Assembly: GCA_002794465.1 (NCBI GenBank)
Contig: MTSL01000063.1
Span: 44,244 to 71,734 of the forward strand
Length of the DNA: 27,491 bases
Origin: Paramicrosporidium saccamoebae KSL3
Taxonomy: Eukaryota > Fungi > Cryptomycota
Reading direction: 5' to 3'
The position numbers and the translations under genes are program-made. The notes beneath the pieces were generated by a model. That model worked only from the letters and a program-made list of their open reading frames with translations. It searched no databases and had not been told where the DNA came from. Shown one piece after another: positions 1-10,000 of this stretch. Every line of letters starts with the position of its first letter. Position 1 is the stretch's first letter.

Positions 1-73
1 GGGGCAAAGTTTGGCAAGTGACCAATAAGAGGGCTCACTGTACCTGACTCCTCCAATCGACATTTTAACCGTG

Positions 74-796
74 ATGAACCGCTTCCATCTGTTGTCTCTC
101 GAAGAGGAGGAAACCTCTGCGCCGACTGCGCCCATTCAGACCACCAAGGATAACAAGGATACCAACAAAGGTGCCAAGACTCAGGACGCTACTGTGAAAA
201 AGGGCGGCAAGGCGCCGGCTCGCATGGAGCGCCGCTCTCGAGGCGTCTCCAAGGGCGAGGGACAAAAGCACCAGACTGTTGGAAAGGGTTCCTGGGGACG
301 TCATACCGATGGCGCTTTGCCCGAGGAGGGTGCTGCCGTTGCTGATGAGGCCACCAATGATGAGACTGCTGAGCCTCCCAAGCCCGCTTACAAGACTGTG
401 AAGCAATATCTTGCTGAGCAGGAACAGCACCAAAAGCGTCTCTCTCAGCTCCCCCAATTGAATGTTCGTCATGCCAATGAGGGTGTTGAGATGGAAGATA
501 TGGAAGTTGTCCGGAAAGAAGCCGTAGCTGGTAATGCCGCGACCAAGAAGACCACCAATCTTAAAGAACCTGTAAAGAAGACTCTTTCTCTGCAAGAGCT
601 TAACAAGGTGCTACCTCCTGCGGAGCGTCGCCCTCGTGAGCAGCAGGAATCTCGTGGCGAGCGTCGCGAAGAGAATGACCGTCGTCCTCGCCAGAATGAC
701 GATCGTCGTGCCTCTCAAAAGACTCGAGATGCTCCCGCTAAGGCATCTGTCAAAATTGATCTGAGTGATAAAACTGCTTTCCCCTCTCTTGCCTAA
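74..796 (+). CDS. STM1: Stm1/SERBP1 (HABP4_PAI-RBP1 family) ribosome/mRNA-binding protein
   Basis: First ATG at 74. The N-terminal NRFHLL resembles the Stm1 N-terminal motif. There is a central 'MERRSRG...GKGSWG' HABP4-type motif, a charged low-complexity body, and the C-terminal 'DLSDKTAFPSLA' (FPSL end motif). Confidence 0.8.
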   Translation: MNRFHLLSLEEEETSAPTAPIQTTKDNKDTNKGAKTQDATVKKGGKAPARMERRSRGVSKGEGQKHQTVGKGSWGRHTDGALPEEGAAVADEATNDETAEPPKPAYKTVKQYLAEQEQHQKRLSQLPQLNVRHANEGVEMEDMEVVRKEAVAGNAATKKTTNLKEPVKKTLSLQELNKVLPPAERRPREQQESRGERREENDRRPRQNDDRRASQKTRDAPAKASVKIDLSDKTAFPSLA

Positions 797-1045
797 GCAA
801 TAAACATCATAGATCCAAGCAAATCGACTGTCTGAGATCCGTGTCCTTAGTAATTTGAGACCGTTTGATTAGAAGTGATTTATAATCCTGCCAATAGTGA
901 TAATAAGCGGCAGTGGTTAGAGTGACATTCTTTGCATTCCGCACCTCTAACTTTTCTCTTCATGATTAGTACGGAACTTGTCTATCACTTTACATATATA
1001 CGGGCTAGAAATGGGAAATCTTCATTTCCAAGCTCATCACATTAT

Positions 1046-1212
1046 TGCGTAGTGGGGATAATACCACAGACGGGAAGGGGGGCTTGTTCACTGCTAATCC
1101 TAGAATAGTATGGATACACATCTCACTGTCCTCAAATACCCAGCAACTAATCAACTCTCTGCCTCTACGTCACATAACCAACTAAGCAATCCTCTGCCTC
1201 TACGCCACAACA
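1046..1212 (+). repeat. Dispersed non-coding repeat, copy 1 (core 1085..1139)
   Basis: The 55-bp core TGTTCACTGCTAATCCTAGAATAGTATGGATACACATCTCACTGTCCTCAAATAC is identical to 26734..26788. Downstream CAACTAA..CTCTGCCTCTACG.CAC subrepeats are shared with copy 2. Confidence 0.9.
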
Positions 1213-1270
1213 TGAACCCAAGGGGGGTGGGTATGTCCTTGTTCCGTGACTAGACAATGTACATCGATGT

Positions 1271-2556
1271 TTATGACTTTAAAGCATTTACAACCAGCTT
1301 GACATTCTCGATAACAAGTGCGGTTGGATCCTTGGAAATAACGTTGATAAATGACTCTTCATCCTGGCTCTTGGATTTACGGGTCATGTTCAGCTCCTCT
1401 TCGACAGTCTAGTAAGGGTAAATATATACAATGACGGAATACCATGTCGAATTCATTCTCCCTCTCAACATACTCTACATTTTCTTCAATCTCTTCCAAT
1501 CCAGGGACTAAAGCACTCCACTTGACAGGGTATTCCGGGACCCAGCGATAAAGAGCTCCGTAAGAGGTGCCAGTGATAATGCTAGGACCTTTGGGGTTCC
1601 ACGCAGCCAAAATAAGATCTTCCTTTGGGCCTTGTAGCATTTTAACAAGTGTTCCACTATTAGAGTCCCACATGTAGATCAAGTGTTCTCCTGGGGTACA
1701 GAAAGAGCCCCAAATAAGCTCTCCATCGTGGCTGAAGCCACAGATATTCCAAAGCCATCTGTTTACTGCATCTTGTAGCTTGTGTCGAGGCTCGATCCGA
1801 ATGGTGTCATTATCGTGCAACAAGTTTGCAACACGAATGGTCTTGTCCTTAAGGACAAAAGAAATTTGCTTTTGCATAGGATGAATGGCTACTCGTTGAA
1901 CTACACAATTCGTTCCAAAATCAGCACCTCCTTCTAATAACATGTCCTGTCGTGTGTGCAGGTTGACGACAATCAAGAGATCTTTGGAGAGGCCCAAGTA
2001 TAACACTCCACTCTCGTGGAAGGCAGAGCAGGTTACATTAACGTCCGTGGTGGGAGCGCGAATTACATTCGGAGTACCAGCATTCACATCAAAAAGTATT
2101 ACCAATCCCGATCGGAACACTATGAGGCACGAATCAATCTTGTTGTATGGATGAATGTCAACAAGTACATCATCTTTGGGAGCGTCAACAACCGACTCGG
2201 ACCGCAGCATGCCGGATGTAACGTCAAAGCTGTACAACTTGAACTCGCTAGTGGCTACTAATAGTTGGTGCCCCCAGACAAAACTAACGATCCGACCGGT
2301 AATTCCCACATTATTGAAACAGAGTGCAATGCCACCAGTAACCAAGTCCCAAACACAGACCTGTAGGTGGGCTTTGTGAACAGAACAGCTGGCCAGGTAG
2401 GCACCGCTTGGACTAAACGCAACCTGTGTGACACGTCCTGCAATCCCATCCTCGTTTAATAAAGAGTCTACTAGCTGTGGTGACTTTAGGTTGAATGGGT
2501 CTATTGTCAGTCAATAACAGGACGCCCATACCAATCAACTCGACATTCTGAAACAT
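1271..2556 (-). CDS. SWD1: COMPASS WD40 subunit Swd1/RBBP5, spliced: complement(join(1271..1408,1443..2500,2532..2556)), 406 aa
   Basis: WD40 repeats plus the signature 'WSALVPGLEEIEENVEYVERENEFD'. Removing two GT-AG introns gives the N-terminus MFQNVELIDPFNLKSP (Swd1-type 'L.DPF') and the C-terminus TVEEELNMTRKSKSQDEESFINVISKD...LKS*. Joined length is 1221 nt, divisible by 3. Confidence 0.9.
1409..1442 (-). other. 34-nt spliceosomal intron 2 of SWD1
   Basis: Minus strand GTATTC...TTACTAG directly after the EFDM codons. Removal gives an acidic tail typical of Swd1/RBBP5. Confidence 0.75.
2501..2531 (-). other. 31-nt spliceosomal intron 1 of SWD1
   Basis: Minus strand GTATGG...CTGACAATAG, with a branch-like CTGAC. 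It contains the in-frame TGA that otherwise truncates the WD40 frame. Confidence 0.85.
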
Positions 2557-2775
2557 GTGCTGCGTGATGAGAGTATTACCACGGTATCAATATATTTTTA
2601 AATGGGCGACAGGGGGCTGTTCATTACCAACTGGTATTAAAGAGGCACTATTTTTAAACATTGGACAAACATACCCAGCACCACAGCTAAACATTCCACT
2701 ACTTTACATGTATATAAATTCATGTTCTACGTCTATAGATGCAACATGTAATTACTAGACCCATTATCACACTAG

Positions 2776-2847
2776 GGGCTGATAGCTCAGCGGTAGAGCA
2801 TTTGACTGCAGATCAAGAGGTCACCGGTTCAAATCCGGTTCGGCCCT
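2776..2847 (+). tRNA. trnC-GCA: tRNA-Cys (anticodon GCA), intronless, CCA not encoded
   Basis: Acceptor stem GGGCTGA/TCGGCCC, A box TAGCTCAGCGG, anticodon loop CTGCAGA, B box GGTTCAAATCC; 72 nt. Confidence 0.96.
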
Positions 2848-2848
2848 G

Positions 2849-2853
2849 TTTTT
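2849..2853 (+). terminator. RNA polymerase III terminator (T5) of tRNA-Cys
   Basis: TTTTT begins two bases after the tRNA discriminator. Confidence 0.75.
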
Positions 2854-2990
2854 GGCTAATTGCACAACATTCATGAAACCCGATATGATAAATTACGTTA
2901 CCATAAATGGACTAATTAGTGGCTGATTCTAGTAAGAGAGGCGTAATAGCCAGTAGCATATTTATACCTTTCGCGGGCGTGGCACAGACT

Positions 2991-4157
2991 ATGCATTTTT
3001 GTGGATACGCTGGCGTTCTCTTGTCGCTGGCAGGCGTAGCCCTTTCGGCACTGAATTACAAACCGATCAGCGGGTTTACTAAGAACAGAAACCATTTCTA
3101 TGAACACGAAAAGACGATTGCCCGTTCAGAGAACAGCAAAATTCCCAGTATTGGAGGTGATAATATTCGAGTGGCGCATTTTGACACTCACTGGCATGGA
3201 CTTTCCATAGAAGAATACGTTCAGGTCGCCAACGAGATAAAGGCCGATGTACTCGTTGCTCGCGGTGTTCCCGAGAAGCAAGGCAACTCGTATGTTGTCA
3301 GAGAGCGTCTTGCTAATCATGGCTTTGACCGAAGCAGCGTAATCCACGAGCCGATGGCGTCCTTGACTAGCGGCATGTTGGTTGGAGTTCGCAACGGAAT
3401 TACTGTCAGCTCTTCTTCACCGATTATTGTTGAAAGGCGCATCGCTGCTATTGAGGTCACTCTAAATCTAACGCCAACCGAGAAAATGCTACTGGTTGTG
3501 CTCATGCTGGACGCATTTGACAGCGAGACTCGCCTGCGACAGCTGGCTACCATACAGAGTCGTCTCTCCTCCTATGAACGTCAGTCTCCAAAGTACATGA
3601 TTTTGGGTGGGTTCCACAATGCCATCTCTCATTCATCTCAAGAGATGCGTGCAATTAATAATCCCACTGGCATCATTTCCAATGCATTCACTGTCTTGGG
3701 CCGTCCATCTCCGTCCTACACTAGCTGGCTTGGCGTATTCTCCGACACGGCCTTAGTCTCTCATCCTCTCAAGCCAGTGCTGCGTGGAATCAATGTCTGG
3801 CATACGGATCGTGCCGACTGTCTGCCTATTGTTATTGACCTTGCCGTTTCCCGTCTGGGAGGGGGAGGGGGCCGATTAATGACAGCAGGGCCTGAAGAGT
3901 CGCGATACGAGGGGATCAGAGACCGCGTATTTAGCTGGAATTGGAGGGTGCTGGCTTGCGGCTTTGGAACTACCGCAGTCATTTTGCTTGTAGCAATTGC
4001 CTTTATTTCATATTACCGTCGCGATCGTAGCGAGAAGGGACGAAAGATCCAACAGGGGGGTGCAGGAACATTCTCTGACAATGACTTGAAAATGGCCCGA
4101 ACCCACCCATCGATGGAGCAAGGACAGCATCATGGGGAGAAGGATGAAAAACAATAG
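2991..4157 (+). CDS. Predicted type I membrane protein with a degenerate endonuclease/exonuclease/phosphatase (EEP, DNase I-like) domain
   Basis: First ATG at 2991 starts a signal-like MHFCGYAGVLLSLAGVALSA. EEP motifs occur in order but are substituted: IRVAHFDTH, ADVLVARGV, ETRLRQL, MILGGFHNA, SDTALVS, ADCLPIVIDL. A hydrophobic TM segment (VLACGFGTTAVILLVAIAFISYY) is followed by RRDR. Confidence 0.7.
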   Translation: MHFCGYAGVLLSLAGVALSALNYKPISGFTKNRNHFYEHEKTIARSENSKIPSIGGDNIRVAHFDTHWHGLSIEEYVQVANEIKADVLVARGVPEKQGNSYVVRERLANHGFDRSSVIHEPMASLTSGMLVGVRNGITVSSSSPIIVERRIAAIEVTLNLTPTEKMLLVVLMLDAFDSETRLRQLATIQSRLSSYERQSPKYMILGGFHNAISHSSQEMRAINNPTGIISNAFTVLGRPSPSYTSWLGVFSDTALVSHPLKPVLRGINVWHTDRADCLPIVIDLAVSRLGGGGGRLMTAGPEESRYEGIRDRVFSWNWRVLACGFGTTAVILLVAIAFISYYRRDRSEKGRKIQQGGAGTFSDNDLKMARTHPSMEQGQHHGEKDEKQ

Positions 4158-4237
4158 GCAATCAGCAGTGCTTCGAGTCATAGCATTAATTTCCATGTAA
4201 TAAATCAAACAAACAAAAATGCGCATATTCCGTTTCC

Positions 4238-4933
4238 ATGCAGGCCGAGATTGTGGTTCCCGAGGATGCCATTATTAGCTTGATTCGCCTGGCTTTGGCG
4301 TGTGAAGTGTCAAAGAAGCCGATTCGAAGGGAAGACATTCAAAATTTAATATTGGGCGAAAATGGTGGCCGTCTACTCCGGCCTCTGCTCGTTAAGGCAA
4401 ACGAACGCCTTGCCAAGGATTTTGGAATGCAACTTGTTCCTCTTCCGACTATTGCTCGTGCCCTCAGCACCCTCACTATTGCTGGACGTCGTGCTGCCAC
4501 AAAAAAAGCGGAGCCCTCCCAAAACCCCACTGCATCGACAAGCTACTGTTTAATAGCGTGTCCAGAGAGGAAGCGTGGATACCATCGCCAGCCTGATCAA
4601 CTTGGTCTGCTGACCTTGATACTGGTGCTTATCCATCTTTCTGGTGGTGAAATGGAAGAATCACAGCTGCTTGAAAGCCTCAATAGCTGGTCAGCTGGCC
4701 GGTATTTCTCTTGTGTGCAGGATGGCTTTGCCGAGTTCAAGAGGCAAAAATACTTGACTTCTGGAAAGAAGAGTGACGACCAAAACGTTACAGTTTATTC
4801 GGCGGGACCGAGGGCCCAAGTTGAGTTTCCACCTCGGGCACTGGTCGACTTTATAATGGGTCTAGGATCTCTCATGAACCAAGCTAATCAGTTGAAAGAG
4901 CGACTTGAAGCAACATTTAGAATTCCACAATAA
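4238..4933 (+). CDS. NSE3: Smc5/6 non-SMC element 3 (Nse3, MAGE domain)
   Basis: MAGE/Nse3 motifs LIRLALACEVSKKPIRREDI, FGMQLV, GLLTLILVLIHLSGG, FKRQKYL and GPRAQVEF. Confidence 0.88.
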   Translation: MQAEIVVPEDAIISLIRLALACEVSKKPIRREDIQNLILGENGGRLLRPLLVKANERLAKDFGMQLVPLPTIARALSTLTIAGRRAATKKAEPSQNPTASTSYCLIACPERKRGYHRQPDQLGLLTLILVLIHLSGGEMEESQLLESLNSWSAGRYFSCVQDGFAEFKRQKYLTSGKKSDDQNVTVYSAGPRAQVEFPPRALVDFIMGLGSLMNQANQLKERLEATFRIPQ

Positions 4934-5019
4934 AGCTGCGGTTTTGTAAACTGAGGTGGGGGGGGGGTTAATCTGTAGCGTAGATCTTTCGTAGTAGGTA
5001 CCGAGCGGTCTTGATCGTA

Positions 5020-5215
5020 GATGTGATATTGTGACGTAGAGACAGAGGATTGATTAGTTGACTATGTGACGTAAGGGCAGAAGGTTGATTAGTTGGGTAT
5101 TTGTGTACTAAAGTGGATCGCTTTGCTGTGATATTGTGACATAGAGGAGTGATTAGTTGGGTATTTGAGGACAGTGATATGTGTATCCATACTATTCTAG
5201 GATTAGCAGTAAACA
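5020..5215 (-). repeat. Dispersed non-coding repeat, copy 2 (inverted; core 5161..5215)
   Basis: The reverse complement matches the 55-bp core at 53/55 and continues into the same subrepeats. The left boundary is approximate. Confidence 0.88.
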
Positions 5216-5388
5216 AATATAGTACTCAAGATCCGCAGATACATTCTTCTAGGTTATATTTTACGGATTGAAACCCCACGATCATGGCTTTCAACCTATC
5301 GCAGATGATTTTATTTGTCAAGTGAGGCCCAAGAGGGCAAGGAAGGGAATTGAACGAAATGAGAATGGGAAAAGGATGAAAGATTTGG

Positions 5389-5490
5389 TACAAAGAGTAA
5401 TCGAATGGCTGATACAAAGAGTGACCGAATGGCTGATACAAAGAGTGACCGAATGGCTGATACAAAGAGTGATCGAATGGTTGATACAAA
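5389..5490. repeat. 24-bp tandem minisatellite (4 full copies plus a partial)
   Basis: Unit TACAAAGAGTGACCGAATGGCTGA at 5389, 5413, 5437 and 5461, with no spacers. Confidence 0.92.
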
Positions 5491-5549
5491 GGGAAATCAT
5501 TGATACAAACCAAACGGCTGATATAAATCATCAACCAGTTGGTACAGAA

Positions 5550-6821
5550 TCAACGGAACGATTTGGTACGGAGACTAAAGGGGGAAAAGGAGGAAGGCTT
5601 CCCATCCGAGTGGGATAGCTTTGGGGACGGACCTTTGGATGAATTTGGATTGAAAAGAGACCAAAATTTGATGGATTCGTCAGCAGCAGCCGTCGCCACC
5701 TGTCGTCCATCAGGTGATAGACACATGTGAAGAATGCGAGAATCGTGGGCGTTGTCGATTGCTGCTACAGAGTGTAGATCTCTGCATTGACTGTCAACCT
5801 TCCAGATGGCTAAATGGTTCTTACTAAGACCATGTGCAGAGACGAGCTCGCGGGAAGTCTTTGACCACACGAGCGATGAAACGGGCGAATTTGTGTCCAC
5901 TTGTTCGATACAATCACCGACTGAGGTGTCCCACAGACGAATGGTTCGATCAAGACTTCCTCCTCCAGAGGCTAAGACGTTCCCTCTCCATGGACACCAA
6001 GAGAGAGCCTTGATGGCAGATCGATGGCCTTCCAATATTGCTGATGGCTGAACTACAGCCTCTCCCATCGAGTTCCAAACATAAATTCGATTGTCATTGG
6101 AGCCTGCAGCCAGCTGTCTTCCATCTGGACTCCAAGCCAACCCACACACCTCGGCCCCAGTGGCAGTGGCATGTGTTGTGATGAGATGTTTTGCGACACG
6201 TACATCGTGAGTCAGTACTGCCCCATTTCTGCTTCCTGTTGAGAGCAAATGCCGATGCCATCCAAGAGAGCCCACCCGCACTCCTGGACTGGCAACCATT
6301 GTACGCAACTTTTTGCTGCGTTCCAAGTCCCAAAGCTGTGCACAGCCGTCCGATGTCCCTACGGCGATCGATTTTCCATCATGAATCCACGACAACGAAG
6401 TCACATGGGCGCCTTCAGAGACGCTCATCAATTCCCTCACGGAGCCATCAGACCCATTCCACAGATAAACGGAAGGCCCCAATGCCACTGCAAGCACATT
6501 CCTTACACTCCAATCCAACAAGTTCAAATAAAAGTCATCCATCATCCCTGGAGCATCAAGAACCCGATCAGGACTCGATGGCACATGACGTAGTGTAGAC
6601 TGCCGCGCTCCGAGCTGACTTTGTCGATGGAGGTGTGAGGTGTAATGACTCAGAGTGTCTTCAGAGGACCGTGGTGGAGCCATTTGGGAGCGGTTCAAAG
6701 TGTCCTCAATGGTTCGAGATGGAGCCAATTTACTTGCTTGGAGTTGCATTGAAAGTAGGTCTCGGTCCATGGACTCTGTCACCGATATGAAGCGGTCGCT
6801 GTTATGTCTCACCAATGTCAT
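5550..6821 (-). CDS. CDC20: APC/C activator Cdc20/Fizzy (WD40)
   Basis: First in-frame ATG at 6821. C-box-like DRFIS, RHVPSSPDRVLDAPGMMDDFYLNLLDWS, ASGGGSLDRTIRLW, ELVSAHG, and a terminal ...FR where the IR tail is expected. PDRVLDAP favours Cdc20 over Cdh1. Confidence 0.9.
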   Translation of the reverse strand: MTLVRHNSDRFISVTESMDRDLLSMQLQASKLAPSRTIEDTLNRSQMAPPRSSEDTLSHYTSHLHRQSQLGARQSTLRHVPSSPDRVLDAPGMMDDFYLNLLDWSVRNVLAVALGPSVYLWNGSDGSVRELMSVSEGAHVTSLSWIHDGKSIAVGTSDGCAQLWDLERSKKLRTMVASPGVRVGSLGWHRHLLSTGSRNGAVLTHDVRVAKHLITTHATATGAEVCGLAWSPDGRQLAAGSNDNRIYVWNSMGEAVVQPSAILEGHRSAIKALSWCPWRGNVLASGGGSLDRTIRLWDTSVGDCIEQVDTNSPVSSLVWSKTSRELVSAHGLSKNHLAIWKVDSQCRDLHSVAAIDNAHDSRILHMCLSPDGRQVATAAADESIKFWSLFNPNSSKGPSPKLSHSDGKPSSFSPFSLRTKSFR

Positions 6822-7014
6822 GGATGGCTCAGTTTTATATTCAAATCCAAAGTTCAAATTGCCCAAGTGTCAAGTTGCAACCCAGACAGTCACACCGTCG
6901 TACACAGTGACAATCCCCTGTGCCGCCCAACGCCGGAAAACTCCGATAACAAAACAATAAATGTTTTTGTTTTAACGTCGTATCACGGCAACGCCAATCC
7001 ACTGATAGGCTTGC
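6822..7014. promoter_or_regulatory. Inferred bidirectional promoter between CDC20 and Dicer
   Basis: Head-to-head genes 193 bp apart. A TATAAAA-like element lies on the minus strand just upstream of the CDC20 ATG. Confidence 0.45.
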
Positions 7015-10000
7015 ATGATGTCAAGGTCGGGTGGCGTCGAATTTGTTCATCATTACGCGGCTCGCCAGAACTGTGTATTTCTACTGCAGCATGATGGTCC
7101 GTCGCAAATATATCAGCCCCCCCGTCGGCATTTGCTGCAGGCTGCGGTGAGCGTGGCTGCGAGAGCGTCTAGACAAGGTCTGGTTGTACTCCAGTCTCAG
7201 AGGGAGGCATCGGCTGTGATACAACTATTAAGAGAGGTTGGACTGGAATCCCGCGAAATAAAGGGGCATTCGGAGATTGTCGAGCTTCGGTCTAGCGTAA
7301 ATAATGCAAAACGTGTGCCCGTCTTGATTGCATCTTCCAACTGCATCTTGCATCTCTTCTGTCTCGGACTGGTACGCATGGAAAACTTGGGTTTTATTCT
7401 CTTTGACAATCTTACGGGCGCCAACAAGAGTCATCCATACTGTGTTGTCATGGAGGTATATACTCCCTTCTGTCTCCTGATCGTGTAGTCGTTTTATGAA
7501 CCGTTGATTGCACGTCAATTCATGGAGGGAGCGTTTGTGGGAAATGTTCCAAGGATTCTGGGTTTTGCAGACTGGCCTTTGGTTTATCCGGGAGAAGCAT
7601 TGCAGGTCAAATTGGGGCGCGTTGGAAAATGGAGCCAGTATCATCGAGTATTTCATTCAACTGTCCTCCCATTGATTTTGGAGAGCTGCAATCAAAGAAG
7701 CGATTGGGTGTCCAAGGAAGAAATTGACGGAATGAGCCGGCAACAGACAATGTTTGGACGTTTGCGGTTGATGCTAGTGGATGAAGTGAGTCATGTTAAC
7801 CATCATGGCGATCCTGCGGATGACACCCAGACTAAGCTGGTTAAGAGCATACTGGATGTCATTCACAGCGCCAAGCAGACCGGCAATGTACTAATCATCT
7901 ACGATGGAGATTTCAAGTTGCTTGTTGATAAATTGAATAACCAAAAGATCAAGTCCCTTGTTATCAAGGATGAAATAACCTCATTATCTGGCCTGGAAAG
8001 GGCCGTCTTGCTTTGTAAATCGGCCAATCTCAAACCCAAAAGTTCAGTCTTGTCTTGTCCACTCGGCCTTATCATTGTTGTTGATACCGAGCCCAACTTG
8101 GTACTAAATTCCCTCCTCTCACCGCTTTCTCACCATGTGGAGACTGTATTTATTAGAACAGTAGAAAGCGCATCATTGGCGTCCAGCGATATGGCTTCGT
8201 GGATCGGATTGCTGGCAACATCTGCATCGTCTTCGTCAGTTATTTCCAGGGAGCTTTTGTCATTTTTTGGGAACATGGAAAACTTATCCAAGGCGTCCCG
8301 GTTCGTTACTGATTGCTCACAGGTTCATTATAGAGTTCCATCCACGGGGGCGATGCTGATACCCTCCATCAATGCTGGCCTTCTACTCGCCGTCTGTTCA
8401 CATCTGTCCCATTCACAAGGCTACTTGTCCATGAGGACCTTTCCTGTTAAGCGAGTGGATAGCAACGGCGTAGTTCTGGACAAGACGCATTTCTTCATGA
8501 CTCGCATTAAACTGCCTGCGTGTCTTGCTGGCAAGTATCTTGAACCAGAGCAACTGATTGTTCATGGACCGCTCTCTCCTCGTCGATTCACTGCTTACAC
8601 AATTGCAGCTTTCAAGGCCATCAAGTTAATGCACAATGCCGGAATTTTGGACGACCATTTTATCCCCGTGCAAGATCTTCTTAATCAAGCCAGAGTCGAA
8701 CAAGCTGTGACTGTTGCCATAGACCAGGACAACAGGGAGGAGCTTGAGGAAAGGCTACACGAATTAGATGAGCTTCCCAGTAACATGGACCAGCTGATTA
8801 TCAAAGAAGTTGTCCCGGATGATATTCGCTTTGATGAAGACTGGACAACACTATCCAAGGCTCTCATTGACAAAGACTCGGATATCAAGATGGATTTCTT
8901 TTTACACGTCTACGAATATGAAACGAGACAAGAATGCCAAATCGAGCAGCTAACTATGAAGGAGGTCAATTTGCCTTGCGATACGCTCATTCATTTAACT
9001 GATGCCAACTTTTTCTCTTCGAATGGCAATCATTCCATTGGCATTTTACTGAAGAAGCCACTGGAAGGATTGAGAGGAATAAGAGTCCCCATAACCGGAA
9101 GCATTGCAATGCTAGGTTCCTTAAAGTGCGTGGGAAAGGTCAGTCTGACCAAGACGCAAATTGACCAAGTTGTCGAGTTTCAGGCGTTCCTCTTCGGGGC
9201 CATCAACACCCGTCCTATAGTTCCAAGAGACGAGGACGACGAAGATGCATTTATAAAGACTGAAATTCCCGCAGACAAAAAAGTGGCGTACTTGTCTGTA
9301 TTTGTAACAAAGCAGCGACCATCTGAGATGAAAACGGTTTTCGATACTGCTTCCTCGCTGAAAAAGTACCAAGAGTTTGTGACCAGGTACCAAGATTCTC
9401 GAGACATGGCTCAATTGAATGGCGAGACCGATCAAACATTGAACTGGAGTGTAGACTGGGATTTGATAGCAAAGACTGTAGATCACACTAATTATCGTTC
9501 GCTGGAGGAGTTTGCTGAAGAGGTTAGCACATTTTCAAGCGATCCCCTTGGCCCTCTAGGCTCTTTAAAGGCCCCCGTAATCCATACTTTTCCTGACAAG
9601 CCGCCGTTGAGCATTGACTACTTTCTCTATTCTCTCCGCCGCGCCATTGTCTATGCTCCTCATAATGGCCTATTCTATCGTGTAAGTAGATGGCACAACA
9701 ACTTGACACCAAACTCTCCATTTGAAAGCAAGACATTTGCAGAGTGCAAGTCATATGCCGACTACCATCGTCTCCGGTACGGCTTGGAAATTGAAGATTG
9801 CGGAAAGAAGGGAATGGCTGAGGTCAAGAGAATTGAAAACTTTATGGATATTAACCTCTGGATCTCGAGCAATGCAGTCATAAAGGCCAAGAATCGAAAG
9901 AATGAAGGGTTCAAGTCGTTGGTGATTCCTGCTCTAGTCAAAGTCTGTCCTGTTCCATACGCCCATCTCCGATTTGCCATGCTGCTTCCCAAAATAATAT

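Noticed and set aside
65-595. 176-aa minus-strand ORF
   Set aside because: Antisense shadow of the Stm1-like gene.
1377-1442. ORF-track C-terminus of SWD1 (VFRHCIYLP...HDP)
   Set aside because: Better explained as read-through into a 34-nt intron; splicing yields a more typical acidic tail ending at 1271.
4968-5216. 82-aa ORF sharing 'FTANPRIVWIHISLSS' with ORF 26610..26984
   Set aside because: The shared peptide is just the translation of the dispersed repeat core; starts are non-ATG and frames are not conserved beyond the core.
5389-5490. CRISPR-like interpretation of the 24-bp repeat
   Set aside because: Units are contiguous with no unique spacers, no cas genes are present, and the context is eukaryotic.
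5226-5618. ORFs 5226..5534 (-), 5268..5618 (+) and 5318..5500 (-)
   Set aside because: Their openness is explained by the 24-bp tandem repeat; no homology cues, and one overlaps the CDC20 end.
7804-7815. 11-nt complementarity between Dicer CDS (ATGGCGATCCT) and ~24653..24663
   Set aside because: Too short to be distinguished from chance in 27 kb.
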